Origin: Octopus sinensis
Lineage: Eukaryota
Length of the DNA: 64,000 nucleotides
Reading direction: 5' to 3'
Assembly (NCBI RefSeq): GCF_006345805.1
Contig: NC_043006.1
Location: 83,886,001 to 83,950,000, forward strand
The notes under the pieces are model-generated. The model saw nothing but the letters and a program-made list of their open reading frames with translations, made no database searches and was not told the origin of the DNA. The position numbers and the translations under genes were made by a program. Shown here piece by piece: positions 48,289-61,007 of this stretch. Position 1 is the first letter of the stretch. The number at the start of each line of letters is the position of its first letter.

Positions 48289-48323
<35 letters not shown>

Positions 48324-48809
48324 TTGTCCAGAATCATGCTAGGCATAAAGGAGGAGAGAAGATAGTAATTCAGTGAAGGAGAAGTAGTGAGAGTAATAGC
48401 CCTGACTGAGAGGGAGTGAAAGAAAGGAAGGGTTGAAAAAATCAGCGTTTCAACTCTGTGTGTGTATGTGTGTGTGTATTTACAAGGGAAATATGTGAAT
48501 GTTTGTATATGTGATTATTATGTACCTTATTTATATATAAAATACTACAATTATTTGTTATTATTGACGGCACGTGGTAAGCTAGTATAATAATAATAAT
48601 GATGATAATATTTAGAAAAGGAGGGAAAAGAGAAGTTATGATGTATATATCTTACCCAAAGACATGTAAATGATATGAAACCATTCCAGCAGAGAATTGA
48701 AACTGTGACACTAACTTTGGTTCACTGGGAACTTATCACTCATTGCAGCATTTGCATATGATGATGAGGATCATGATATTGATAATCATGGTGGTACCAG
48801 AATGTACCC

Positions 48810-49345
48810 TCAAATCAACAAGTCCAAGAAGGTGAATAGATGAGTGTGTGAAGATAGAAGAATCAGGGAAAAGGTTCTCCTTGAAGATGAAAGGAAGGGT
48901 TTATTGGAGTTGCACGAGATCTGCAGTGCTGTATGGGAGCAAGACATGGTGTCTGAGGGAAAGCAAAATGGCAGTTTTGAGGACCGAGAGAGCAATGGTG
49001 AGAGCAGTGTGTGGTGTGAAGCTATTGGATAAAAGGAGAGCTGAGGACTTGATGATGAGGATGTTGGGGTTGGAGGAATCAGTGGAACAGCTGGCAAGGG
49101 CAAATGGAGTGTGGTGGTATGGATATGCGTTGAGGAGGGATGAGGATCATGTTCTGAGGAGAGTGCTTGAGTTTAAAATGAACCGTGAGAGTGAGGTCGA
49201 CCAAAGAAACCATGGAGGAGGAGATTGGGAGGGTTTGCTTGAGGAGGGAGGACACCCAAAACCAGATGAGATGGTGTGAGAGTGGTTGCTGTAAGAGTGA
49301 GGTAGACCCGGCCACCCCCATTAACGGGGACAAACCCAGACTTAG
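48810..49345 (+). mobile_element. RTE LINE ORF2 C-terminal fragment
   Basis: FSLKMKGRVYWSCTRSAVLYGSKTW...GVWWYGYALRRDEDHVLRRVLEF. Confidence 0.85.
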
Positions 49346-50744
49346 AATATTGGAATTCATTCATTCAGGGAGAGTAAGAAGGAGAGTGAGAGATGGATAT
49401 AAACATGGGGTAAGGGAGGGTATTAGATGTATTTATCTTTTACTTGTTTTGGTCATTGGACTCTGGTCATGCTGGAGCACCCACCACTTTAAAGGGTTTA
49501 ATCGAACAAATCAGTACCAGTACTTATTAGGTCTGGTACTTATTCAGTTAACCCTTTTGCTAAGTTGCTGGAATGTTAGCAAATCAGTATCAGTTGCCAA
49601 ATGGTGGGGCACACATTCAGACTCTCTCATACACATGATGAGCTTCTCCACAGTTTCCATCCGCCAAATTCACTTAGAAGACTTAGGTTGGCTTGGGGTT
49701 ACAGTAGAAGACACTTGCCCAAAGTGCTACACTGTGGGGTTGAACCCAAAACCATGTAGTTGGAAAATGAGCATCTTAACCACAGCCAAGGGAATGAATA
49801 CAATGAATATGGGACAGGGTCGATGGGGTTAATATAACTTGTTGGCAGAGGATGATGATAAGAAAGAAGTATGGATGACAAGTGGGAATGTGGCCCAGTA
49901 ATGCTGTAGTTAAGCTGTTGCAAACTGACAACTGCAGGAAATGTATAAACAGGAAAGGGAGCTTCAGAAGGTTGACATTTGGTGGGAAGAAGGACTGGAT
50001 GTTGTGAGTGGTTAGTGTAAGGGCCTGAGGTGTGGGAGACATAATATAAAGGGGAAACAAAAGGAATAGAGATAAGTGAGTCTGGAGTACCTGAGTGGAG
50101 CTACCACTGAGCTCCTTGTAATTCAGAGTACCAGAGTGACATAAGACTGGTCAGCTGTGGAGAACAGAGGCTACAGTAGCAGCATTAGTAAAGGCAGACA
50201 GAGAGAGCGAGCGAGAGAGGGGCAAAAAGCACAATCTGTGGGTTAGAGACTGGAGTGTGTTGTCTGAATGATTTTATTCTAATCAGTTGTTGGGAACTGT
50301 TCATATGTGTGTGTGTGTGGAAAGTGGGGGGGGGGGAGAATTGTCCCTCATTTGCCAAAATACTGCAGGAATTTGGTGCCAAGCAAAGCAGGCTTGTATA
50401 AAATAACTTGTATTAAACAGCTTCTTCTCAGAATGACAGGAGAAGCAGAAGGGTGAGTAAGGAGATGGATGTAAAAATCTTAGTTTAAGAAACCACACAT
50501 ACACACACACATATATATTTCCTTATTGCCCACAAGGGGCTAAACATAGAGGGGACAAATAACTACAGACAAAGGGATTAAGTCGATTACATCGACCCAG
50601 TGCGAAACTGGTACTTTATTTATCGACCTCGAAAGGATGAAAGGCAAAGTCGACCTCGGCGGAATTTGAACTTAGAACGTAGTAGCAGACGAAATACCGC
50701 CAAGCATTTCGATCGGCGTGCTGTGTCTACTAGCTTGCCACCCT

Positions 50745-50775
<31 letters not shown>

Positions 50776-50840
50776 GTCACATGCGTGCATCTTTTCCCTC
50801 TTCTTACACCTGCCCTCCTTCATCTCCCACCTCACCTCAC

Positions 50841-50921
50841 CTTCCTCAAGACAGATATGAACTTGCCAAACTGTAACAACTCCTCCTTGTGTAGGCATTT
50901 AATTAGAACTGTCCTTTCGAC
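50841..50921 (-). CDS. Weak candidate 81-nt antisense exon
   Basis: cctctttag|GTC...AAG|gtgagg; VERTVLIKCLHKEELLQFGKFISVLRK, phase 0/0. Confidence 0.2.
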
Positions 50922-51249
50922 CTAAAGAGGCTTCAATCAGACAAAACAGAAATCTTGTTTCCTGTGTAAAGGTTACAGTAGGGAAATAGACACCACAAAC
51001 GTCAGCCGGGAGGCAAGGTGGCAGGGAAGAACTACCACCACCACCACCGCAACTGCCACCATCACTACTACTACTATGCAGTAATTTTGAAGTTTGCATT
51101 TATATTCAGGAATCATTCTTTTTTACTTTCCTTCTTTCTTTTTTTTCTTTGATGATGTGTGTGGGAGGAGAGGATGAAGAATGGAGAGTAAGGTGATGGG
51201 ACGGGAGAAAATAGATATTACAAAATATAGAGGAAAAGTTGTGTATGTA

Positions 51250-51289
<40 letters not shown>

Positions 51290-51622
51290 GATATAGATAG
51301 ATAGATACACACAAACACGCATATATATATATAGATAAATATAGATAGATAGATATATACACACACAAACACGCATAATCATCATCATCATCATCGTTTA
51401 ACGTCCGTTTCGCGCTAGCACGGGTTGGACGGTTTCGACCGGGTAGGGAGAGCTCGGGACTGCCCCAGGCTCCAGTCTAGTCTGGCAGTGTTTCTACAGC
51501 TGGATGCCCTTCCTAACGCCAACCACTCCGCGAGTGTAGTGGGTGTTTTTACGTGCCACCTGCACAGGTGCCAGAGGGGTCTGGCATCGGCCACGTTCGG
51601 ATGGTGCTTTTTTTTTATGGGG

Positions 51623-52233
51623 GGGGGGTGCAGAAATATAGGGGGCACCGTGGGGGGTGGTTCAGAGGACAGGTTCTAGGCAAGTAGAACTAGGATATCG
51701 AGAGAGGGGTAATGCATGGTGAAATAGGTATTGAGGGGGGTTCAAAGAGTAGACACCTATAATGGTGTGGTGGGGGTGCAGAAATATAGGGGAGCACCAG
51801 CGGAGGGGTGGTTCAGAGGACAGGTTCTAGGCAAGTAGAACGTAGGATATCGAGAGAGGGGTAATGCATGGTGAAATAGCGTATTGAAGAGGGGGGTTCA
51901 AAGAGTAGACACCTATAATGGTGGTGGGGGGGTGCAGAAATATAGGGGAGCACCAGTGGGAGGGGTGGTTCAGAGGCGGTTCTAGGCAAGTAGAACGTAG
52001 GATATCGAGAGAGGGGTAATGCATGGTGAATAGTGTATTGAAGAGGGGGATTCAAAGAGTAGACACCTATAATGGTGGTGGTGGGGGTGCAGAAATATAG
52101 GGGAGCACCAGCGGGAGGGGTGGTTCAGAGGACAGGTCTAGGCAAGTAGAACGTAGGATATCGAGAGAGGGGTAATGCATGGTGAAATAGCGTATTGAAG
52201 AGGGGGGTTCAAAGAGTAGACACCTATAATGGT
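51623..52233. repeat. ~155-bp tandem repeat, 4 copies
   Basis: gtgcagaaatatagg at ~51628, 51776, 51932, 52087. Confidence 0.95.
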
Positions 52234-52311
52234 GGGAGAAACGACATCCGGTATAGTTGGAGCAAAATAGAGATATCCGGTATTGGGGGGGGGGTGGGTA
52301 GGGCGGGAGCG

Positions 52312-53819
52312 CCGCGAAGAACCGGCAGCCAATTTCTAATCAGCCTGTAAGGGAGATAGATCTTAAATATCTATAACGATAACTAGTGAATTATACAGAA
52401 TATGCAAAAACGAGCGAGGCTGAAATAGTAAACAGAGTGGCGACTAGGGGGATCAGAATAATAATAATTAATAAATAATAATAATAAATAGAGATACGGA
52501 TGAATTAAAGTTCAAAGATTCTTATCTTGGGATCACTTCGTTTACGGACAGACTTGGCAAAAGGAATTCGGAATCAAGAGTGAGGCAGGTTACTAGCTTA
52601 AGTATGCATAGCCATGTCGAGGAGTAGGAAGAGGAGTCCAGACAGACATGTAAAAAGAGGGGGGGGGCCCGCGAAGAACCGGCAGCCAATTTCTAATCAG
52701 CCCTGTAAGGGAGATAGATCTTAAAATCTATAACGATAACTAGTGAATTATACAGAATATGCAAAAACGAGGCGAGGCTGAAATAGTAAACAGAGTGGCG
52801 ACTAGGGAGATCAGAATAATAATAATTAATAAATAATAATAATAAAAAGAGATACGGATGAATTAAAGTTCAAAGATTTCTTATCTTGGGATCACTTCGT
52901 TTACGTACAGACTTGGCAAAAGGAATTCGGAATCAAGAGTGAGGCAGGTTACTAGCTAAAGTATGCATAGCCATGTCGAGGAGTCCAGACAGACAATGTA
53001 AAAAGAGGGGGAGAGAAACCCCGCGAAGAACCGGCAGCCAATTTCTAATCAGCCCTGTAAGGGAGATAGATCTTAAATATCTATAACGATAACTAGTGAA
53101 TTATACAGAATATGCAAAAACGAGGCGAGGCTGAAATAGTAAACAGAGTGGCGACTAGGGGGATCAGAAAATAATAATTAATAAATAATAATAATAAATA
53201 GAGATACGGATGAATTAAAGTTCAAAGATTTCTTATCTTGGGATCACTTCATTTACGGACAGACTTGGCAAAAGGAATTCGGAATCAAGAGTGAGGCAGG
53301 TTACTAGCTTAAGTATGCATAGCCATGTCGAGGAGTAGGAAGAGGAGTCCAGACAGACACAATGTAAAAAGAGGGGGAGAGAAACCCGTGAAGAACCGGC
53401 AGCCAATTTCTAATCAGCCCTGTAAGGGAGATAGATCTTAAATATCTATAACGAACTAGTGAATTATACAGAATATGCAAAAACGAGGCGAGGCTGAAAT
53501 AGTAAACAGAGTGGCGACTAGGGGGATCAGAATAATAATAATTAATAAATAATAATAATAAATAGAGATACGGATGAATTAAAGTTCAAAGATTTCTTAT
53601 CTTGGGATCACTTCGTTTACGGACAGACTTGGCAAAAGGAATTCGGAATCAAGAGTGAGGCAGGTTACTAGCTTAAGTATGCATAGCCATGTCGAGGAGT
53701 AGGAAGAGGAGTCCAGACAGACAATGTAAAAAGAGGGGGGGGGGCCCGCGAAGAACCGGCAGCCAATTTCTAATCAGCCCTGTAAGGGAGATAGATCTTA
53801 AATATCTATAACGATAACT
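52312..53819. repeat. ~360-bp tandem repeat, 4 full copies plus a partial fifth
   Basis: ccgcgaagaaccggc at 52312, 52669, 53021, 53386, 53746. Confidence 0.95.
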
Positions 53820-53846
53820 TAAAAATAGTTGATAGCCCTGAACTAT

Positions 53847-53897
<51 letters not shown>

Positions 53898-54514
53898 GCA
53901 TATATATATATATATATATATTGTAGGTAGGGTTAAAATCTAAGCTATGTCTTCATGAAGCACATCTGATTATTCCAGTACTCTAAAATTGTATGTAGGC
54001 GTTATATTTGTGTGAGGTATGCATAAGAGTTGAAAATTCTGGGAAATATTTTCTGTAGAGTAAATAATATCAGAACTGGAGAATACCAAAGAATTTTCCA
54101 AACTCCTGTTCTGATATATATGCAAAGAGAGCGAGGGGGGGGTATAAAATAGGATGGGGGGGGGGGAGTTTACTGTAGTACCTTAATAATGATATGATTC
54201 TCAAGATTCTTGCAGAAAACTTCCGGAACAATGAAGGTCTTATAGAGAATTTTGGAGTAGGAGTGAGAGAGATTGATAGTGTAAGTAATTAGAATAATAG
54301 GGACACTTATAACACACACACACACACACACAGATAGATAGGTTAGCTAGGTCAGTAGATAGATAGATAGACATAGGTATATATTTATAATGTAGATAGA
54401 GAAATATAAACATATATAGCTATAGACATTACTATATATATACTGACAAACCTAAGAGCGAGCCTCTAAGTGGTTGCACAACATGCTACAATAGCAGCCA
54501 AACGTTTTCCTTAA

Positions 54515-54737
54515 CCCTTTTGTTACTGTATTTTTTTGAGATGCTCTGCATTTTTGTTTCAATTACTTTAAATATAACAAAGAATTTAGTAAAATAACTT
54601 AGCTATCATTAAGCTAGTGTTAGGAACTAAGGTTTGGTGACTAAGGTTTGGTGGAAAATTTTAATTCAAAACTTATGAAAACAAGACATTTGTACTCAGA
54701 GCCAGAGCCGGTTTCAGCCGGGTTGGTAACGAAAGGG
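54515..54737. mobile_element. 223-bp piggyBac-derived MITE
   Basis: TTAA|cccttttgttac ... gtaacgaaaggg|TTAA; termini match the 44055 element; partial inverted copy at ~5970-6069. Confidence 0.85.
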
Positions 54738-55014
54738 TTAAATCACCTCAAATTAATGTTATAAAAAGGTGAAAAAAAAAAAATACATTGGATAATGTAG
54801 TTCTGGTTAGACTATGATGGGGAAAAACAGAAAAAACAAAACAGCTTCAATCTCTGATCAATCTCTTGGGACTAAAAAACAACAATAATTCTTTCTACTA
54901 TAGGCACAAGGCCTGAAATTTTGGGGGAAGAGGATACTCAGTTACAGGCAATGCAGTTGGTGGAAAGTCTCCTCAGGCATGCTAAGGAGAATGATAATAA
55001 TAACAATAATAAAA

Positions 55015-55362
55015 AGAGCACTCAGAGAGTGCAAACTTCTACCAAGGCAACACTAATACCCTCTCAACAATTAGCCAGAGATGATTTTTAAAATGAGAAC
55101 TCAACTGCTCTCATAAACAAGAATACTAAAAATGAATCTGATCGCTCTTAAAAAATAAAGTAAAAAAAGAGGAAAAATAATCCGGAATCCTTGTCCAGTA
55201 CCAGATTGATCCCAATATGTAATCAGTTCGTGCCAGTCACGAGGCCAAGCATCCCTGAAAGTTTCATCTGAATCCATCCAGTGGTTCTTGAGATATCTTG
55301 TCCATGGATAAACAAACAAACACAACTGAGAATAATACCTCTGCCTTCACTAAGGTGGAGTT
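55015..55362 (-). mobile_element. Helentron/DINE-1-like element, second copy
   Basis: Reverse complement of 39284-39646. Confidence 0.6.
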
Positions 55363-55544
55363 AATAATAATAATAATGATTTCTTTATTAACCACAAGGG
55401 TTTACATGACAAAAAACATGGACAGCACAGGACAAAACAAAAATGTGTGTATCTGTGTGATTGTGTGTAGTTGTGAGGGCTTTGCATGTAAACAAGACTA
55501 AATAAAATTTAAAAATAAAAAAAATTATCAACAATATGTTATCC

Positions 55545-55880
55545 TCAATAGGGAAGATACGTTCGAGGGCTGCTCATGGAAAAACCCCATAAAAACCATG
55601 GGTGCCCTGACTTTTGGGGCAGGTGCCTTTTTTCATCTCCTTTCCTTTTTCCAACTACATGCTTAGGGCTGGCCCATTCACTCGTACCATTCTCACCACT
55701 TTCATTCACCTTTCGGCAAACTGACCAGAAGACAATGCTTCCCTCTCTACCCTTATTTTCCTTTTCAAGAGAAACATGTAGTAGTTCATCATGGATTGGC
55801 CAAAGAGAAACATGTTTGTCTTCAGCTCCTTCAATCTCGTCCACCACACAACTTTTGCCATGGCCTCCTGGCATATAAAC
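55545..55880 (-). mobile_element. Probable L1/Tx1 LINE 3' fragment
   Basis: Degenerate ...YYMFLLKRKIRVEREALSSGQFAER; recognised from general family resemblance only. Confidence 0.4.
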
Positions 55881-55913
55881 ACAGCCTTTCCTAATAATAA
55901 TAATAATAATAAT

Positions 55914-56450
55914 GCTGTACCAGGCAATGGCTCTCATGGCTTCTGATCTTAACTGATTGGAAGTGTTATCATGTACATTGTTTTGTCTTGGTATAAAAGA
56001 TGGGCTACAGCAAATATTCTGCTCAATACCACAGATTTGCTTGTCAGTTGCTTGACCTTAACCAGTTGAGCATGTCCCTTAGTGGCTGATATGTGCGTCT
56101 CTGATCATGAGCAGAAGTAGTGGGGGAGCATCATAGCCATGTGTTGAGAGGGATTCTTAGAGGTTTGAATAATTCACCTTTGGAAATATGGGTGGTTCAT
56201 TCAACATCCTTAAACAACCCTTAGTCAGGGACCTTTTGAGTGGGATGGGTTACTCCACTAGAAGAAAATTCTAACTAGGCCCCACCTACAAGTTCATGTG
56301 CTGTTTATATGAGATCACCATGTTGCACATATATGGTCGTGATGCATGTGCCTGGTGTACCTTATCAGCCAGGTAGTCATGATGGGTATACTGGGCTTCG
56401 TATATTTTACCCCAGTGTCACTTTGATGGCATGCACTGCTCTCTCACTCA
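55914..56450. mobile_element. ~520-bp (TAA)n-flanked repeat, third copy
   Basis: Same sequence as 29505-30023. Confidence 0.75.
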
Positions 56451-57224
56451 AAAATAATAATTATAATAATAATGGTGGAAGGTGTTAAGTCAATTACATC
56501 AACCCCAGTGCTCAACTGGTACTTATTTTATTGACCCTCAGCAGAATTTGAACTCTGAACATAGACGGATGAAACACCAGTAAGCATTTTGCTCAGTGAG
56601 CTAACAATTCTGTCAGCTCACCACCTAAAACCTTTTCTACTGTAGGAACATAGCATGAAATTTTACAGGAATGAGATGCTGGTTGTTTACATCAACCCCA
56701 GTGCTCAAATGGTACTTATTTTATAAGGCGGCGAGCTGGCAGAAACGTTAGCACGCCAGACGAAATGCGTAGCCGTATTTCATCTGCTGTTACATTCTGA
56801 GTTCAAATTCCACTGAGGTCGACTTTGCCTTTCATCCTTTCAGGGTCGATAAATTAAGTACCAGTTACGCACTGATGTCGATGTAATCGACTTAATCCGT
56901 TTGTCTGTCCTTGTTTGTCCTCTCTGTGTTTAGCTTCTTATGGGTAGTAAAAAAATAGGTACTTATCTTATTGATCCCCCCCACCCCAGAAAGATGACAG
57001 GCAAAGTCGACCTCAGCAGAATTTGAACTCAGAATAATAATGACAAATGAAACCCCACTAAGCATCTTGTTTGGTGTGCTAACGATTCTACCACCTTGCA
57101 GTCTACTATAACAGCAACTATTATGCTTAAAGAAATTGGTAAGGTTTGCTCAATAGTATTTTTGTGGGAGGGAGGGAGGAAAGGAGGGGATGATCCCCGA
57201 CAGAGGTGTTGGTGGAAGTACTGT

Positions 57225-59145
57225 ACAGTAGTTGTGGTGGTGGTGGTGGTGGTTGTAGCTGCAGTAGTAAAAAGTATGTTCTTACTGATAGTAGTGGTAG
57301 TAGTAGATATGTTTTTGTTATTTAGTAGTAGTACTGGTAGTAGTGGCATTGATTGCAGTAACAGAAGTGGCCGTGGTGGTAGTAGTATAATTAGTAGCAG
57401 CAACAGCAGATTTGATTGCATTGGTGGCAATAGTGGTAGTAGTAGATATGTTTGTATATGTAGTAGTACTAGTAGTAGATATGTTTTTATCTGTAGTAGT
57501 CGTAGTAGTAGTGTTTTTATCTGTAGCAGTAGTGGTAGATGTTTTTATATGTAGTAGTAGCAATAGTAACAGCAGCTTTGACTGCATTATTGGTGGTGGT
57601 AGTAGTAGCTTTGACTGCAGTATTGGGGGTAGTAGTAGCTTTGACTGCAGTATTGGTGGTAGTAGTAGCTTTGACTGCAGTATTGGTGGTGGTAGTAGTA
57701 GCAGCTTTGACTGCAGTATTGGGGGTAGTAGTAGCTTTGACTGCAGTATTGGTGGTAGTAGTAGCTTTGACTGCAGTATTGGTGGTGGTGGTAGTAGTAG
57801 TAGCTTTGACTGCAGTATTGATGGTAGTATTAGCTTTGACTGCAGTATTGGTGGTGGTAGTAGTAGCAGCTTTGACTGCAGTATTGGGGGTAGTAGTAGC
57901 TTTGACTGCAGTATTGGTAGTAGTAGTAGCTTTGACTGCAGTATTGGTGGTGGTGGTGGTAGTAGTAGCTTTGACTGCAGTATCGGTGGTGGTGGTAGTA
58001 GTAGTAGCTTTGACTGCAGTATTGGTGGTAGTAGTAGTGCTGATAATAGTAGTTTTGTTTGCAATAGTAGTAGTAGTGGGAATATTGTGTTGTTGATGTT
58101 ACTAGTGTTGTTGTTGTTTAGCCCCTGGCCAGCCTTGATTGAGCAGACTTTTGATCAAGGACATTCCAACTAGGACCATCCTGTCCTTTTAAGGTTATTT
58201 AAAAAAACATTCTCCAACATGTCTTTCCCTTTTTCCAAGTCAGTAAGTAAAGTGTGATTTTAGAAAAATTTGGTTGCTATTTCTAGCAGGGCAATCAACT
58301 GTGTAGAAGTTGTTGTTGTTAGTGGTGATGGTGTGGTGGTGGTAACATCGGTATTCATGATGGTATTGGTGATGGTGGTGGTTGTGGTGGTTTTGGTGAT
58401 AGCATCACTGGTGGAGATAGTGGTGATGGCTATATTGGTGATGGCATTATGGTGGGGGTACAGGTGGTGGTGGCAGTTGTAGTAGTGATGGTAGTGTTCA
58501 TAATGATATTGGTGGTGGTGGTGGTGGTAGTAACAATACTGCTGGCTATGGTAGCGATGGTGGTGGTGGTGGTGGTGGTTATGTTGGTGATATTGATGGT
58601 TTTGGTGATGGTATTATGGTGGGGGTACAAGTGATGGTGGTGGTGGTGGTGGTGGTAGTTGTAGTAGTAGTGATGGTAGTGTTCATAATGATATTGGTGA
58701 TGGTGGTGGTGGTGGTAGTAACGATACTGCTGGTTATGGTAGTGATGATGGTGGTGGTGGTGGTGGTTGTGGTGTTAGTGCACTAGTTAGCATAGTCAGG
58801 GTGCTTCTCTGACGGCAGTGGTATTTAGTGCTAGTAATAATGGTGTTATTGATAACAGCAGCAGTGGCAGTGATGGTGGTGGTAATTTCTGTAGGGTTTC
58901 TGGAGGGGAACAGTATTGATAAGAGAGCTACCACTGGGAAGGTAACACATCAGATGCCATCTTGTTTCCTTAAATACCAAACGAAGTATTAGTTACTGGT
59001 TACAGATGTGGAAACAGTTGTAATGGTGGTGGTGGCAGTGGGGGTGCTCGTCGTTGATAGTGGTGGTGGTGGTTGTGATGATGATAGTGACAGTAGTGGT
59101 AATGATGGTAGAGGTACTGATGATGGTGTAGTAATAGTTGTGGCT

Positions 59146-59177
<32 letters not shown>

Positions 59178-59560
59178 TATGAGGATGGTAGTGAGAGGCA
59201 TCATAATGGTGATTACAGTGCTGATATTTCATAGTGGCAGATGTAGTAGTGGTGGTGGTGGTGGTGGTAGCGATTGTGTTGTAGTTGCAGTGGTAGTAAT
59301 TATAGTTTTGAAAGTAGTAGTGGTGCTGATGGTGGCCAAAGTACTGACCGTAGTGATAGTGATTAGTAATAGTAAAGGTTGTAGTATTGGTAGCAATCAT
59401 TGGTGAAGATAGTTGTGGTGGTAGTAGTACAACAACAATGCTGAGAAGTCCTACTAAGACACTTCTAGTGGTACCAATATAAAATTGGTATGACAGTTGG
59501 CAGGGAGGCACATGATGATAGTGATAGCAGTGGTGGTGGTTGTGGTTGTTGTTACAGCAA
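57225..59560. repeat. GGT/AGT/GAT trinucleotide low-complexity tract
   Basis: Dense triplet repeats; internal ~175-bp duplication near 58440-58740. Confidence 0.85.
57574..58030. repeat. 30-39-bp minisatellite, 14 units
   Basis: Core agctttgactgcagtattgg at 57574, 57607, 57637...58006, separated by (ggt)n(agt)n. Confidence 0.95.
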
Positions 59561-59927
59561 TGTTAAATGTCTGACTTATATGCCACCCTCCCTCCCTCTA
59601 GTTGCACTAGTGCAAAATAAAAAATAAAAAAAACTCCAACAAAAACACAGAACAACATTACTAGTTGGATGGGATGAGCATGGTGAAAGCAATGCTATTA
59701 TTGATTGATGTTATATCAATAATTGTATTGCTTTTGCCCCCATCTTCTCTCCCACATGTCACTCACATACTCCACATCTCTCAATATCTGTGTTGTTGAG
59801 GCTGTGCCAAAGTGGGGGAGGAGGTCTCTATGAAAAACAAGGACACTGAAAACTTTTTAGTATCACCCTGACACCTCATCATCACTATCTTCTCTCCTTT
59901 TCCAGTAGACATAGCCATATATTTCTT

Positions 59928-60147
59928 ATTTCTTTATTGCCCACAAGGGGCTAAACAGAGGGGACAAACAAAGGGATTAAGTCAATTACATCAACCCCAG
60001 TGCATAATTGGTACTTAATTTATCGACCCTGAAAGGATGAAAGGCAAAGTCGACCTCGACAGAATTTGAACTCAGAACGTAAAGACAGATGAAATACCGC
60101 TCAGCATTTCACCAGGCGTGCTAACGGTTCTGCCAGCTCGTTGCCTT
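59928..60147 (-). mobile_element. SINE family B with 17-bp TSD
   Basis: TSD atagccatatatttctt at 59911-27 and 60148-64. Confidence 0.9.
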
Positions 60148-60600
60148 ATAGCCATATATTTCTTCTGCAGCAAGGCACCCATAGCTATTCCTCTATTGTT
60201 CTCTTGCTTCTCAAAACCTGGCATAGGCCACCTTCTTCAATTTTATCTTCCCACCTCTCAACCCCAACCCCTGGACCAAGAGGTCTTGTTTTGCAAGCTC
60301 CTTGATGACCTCACTAGTCATCACAAAAACAAAGCACCCATTACATTCTGTAAGATGGTCGGCATAAGGAAGGGCATTGAGTTGTAGAAATCCTACCAAA
60401 GTAGGCAGTGGAACAGAATGCAGTCCTCAGACCTGTCAGATCATACCCAATCATTCAACCACCCAATCCATGCCAGCATAGAACATGGATGCTGAATGAT
60501 GGTAATGATATGAAGCATAAATGCATAAGAGCCTCTTGATTCACTTCATTTTTGCTAAGAAAAGTTAACAAATTTCATTCAGAAAATTTGTGTATAATGT

Positions 60601-61007
60601 AGGCGTAGGAGTGGTTGTGTGGTAAGTAGCTTGCTTACCAACCACATGGTTCCGGATTCAGTCCCACTGCGTGGCACCTTGGGCATGTGTCTTCTACTAT
60701 AGCCTCGGGCCGATCAAAGCCTTGTGAGTGGATTTGGTAGACGGAAACTGAAAGAAGCCCGTCGTATATATGTATATATATATATGTATGTATGTGTGCG
60801 TACATGTTTGTGTGTCTGTGTTTGTGCCCCCCAACATCGCTTGACAACCGATGCTGGTGTGTTTACATCCCCGTAACTTAGCGGTTCGGCAAAAAGAGAC
60901 CGATAGAATAAATACTAGGCTTACAAAGAATAAGTCCTGGGGTCGATTTGCGCGACTAAAGGCGGTGCTCCAGCATGGCCACAGTCAAATGACTGAAACA
61001 AGTAAAA
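60601..61007 (+). mobile_element. SINE family A, full length, CpG-rich (young)
   Basis: Same head and tail; CpGs retained. Confidence 0.85.

Noticed and set aside
54226-54290. + strand exon candidate NFRNNEGLIENFGVGVREIDS with gtaagt donor (similar case at ~50421-50452)
   Set aside because: Phase is incompatible with SAT exon 4, there is no homology, and such signals are expected by chance
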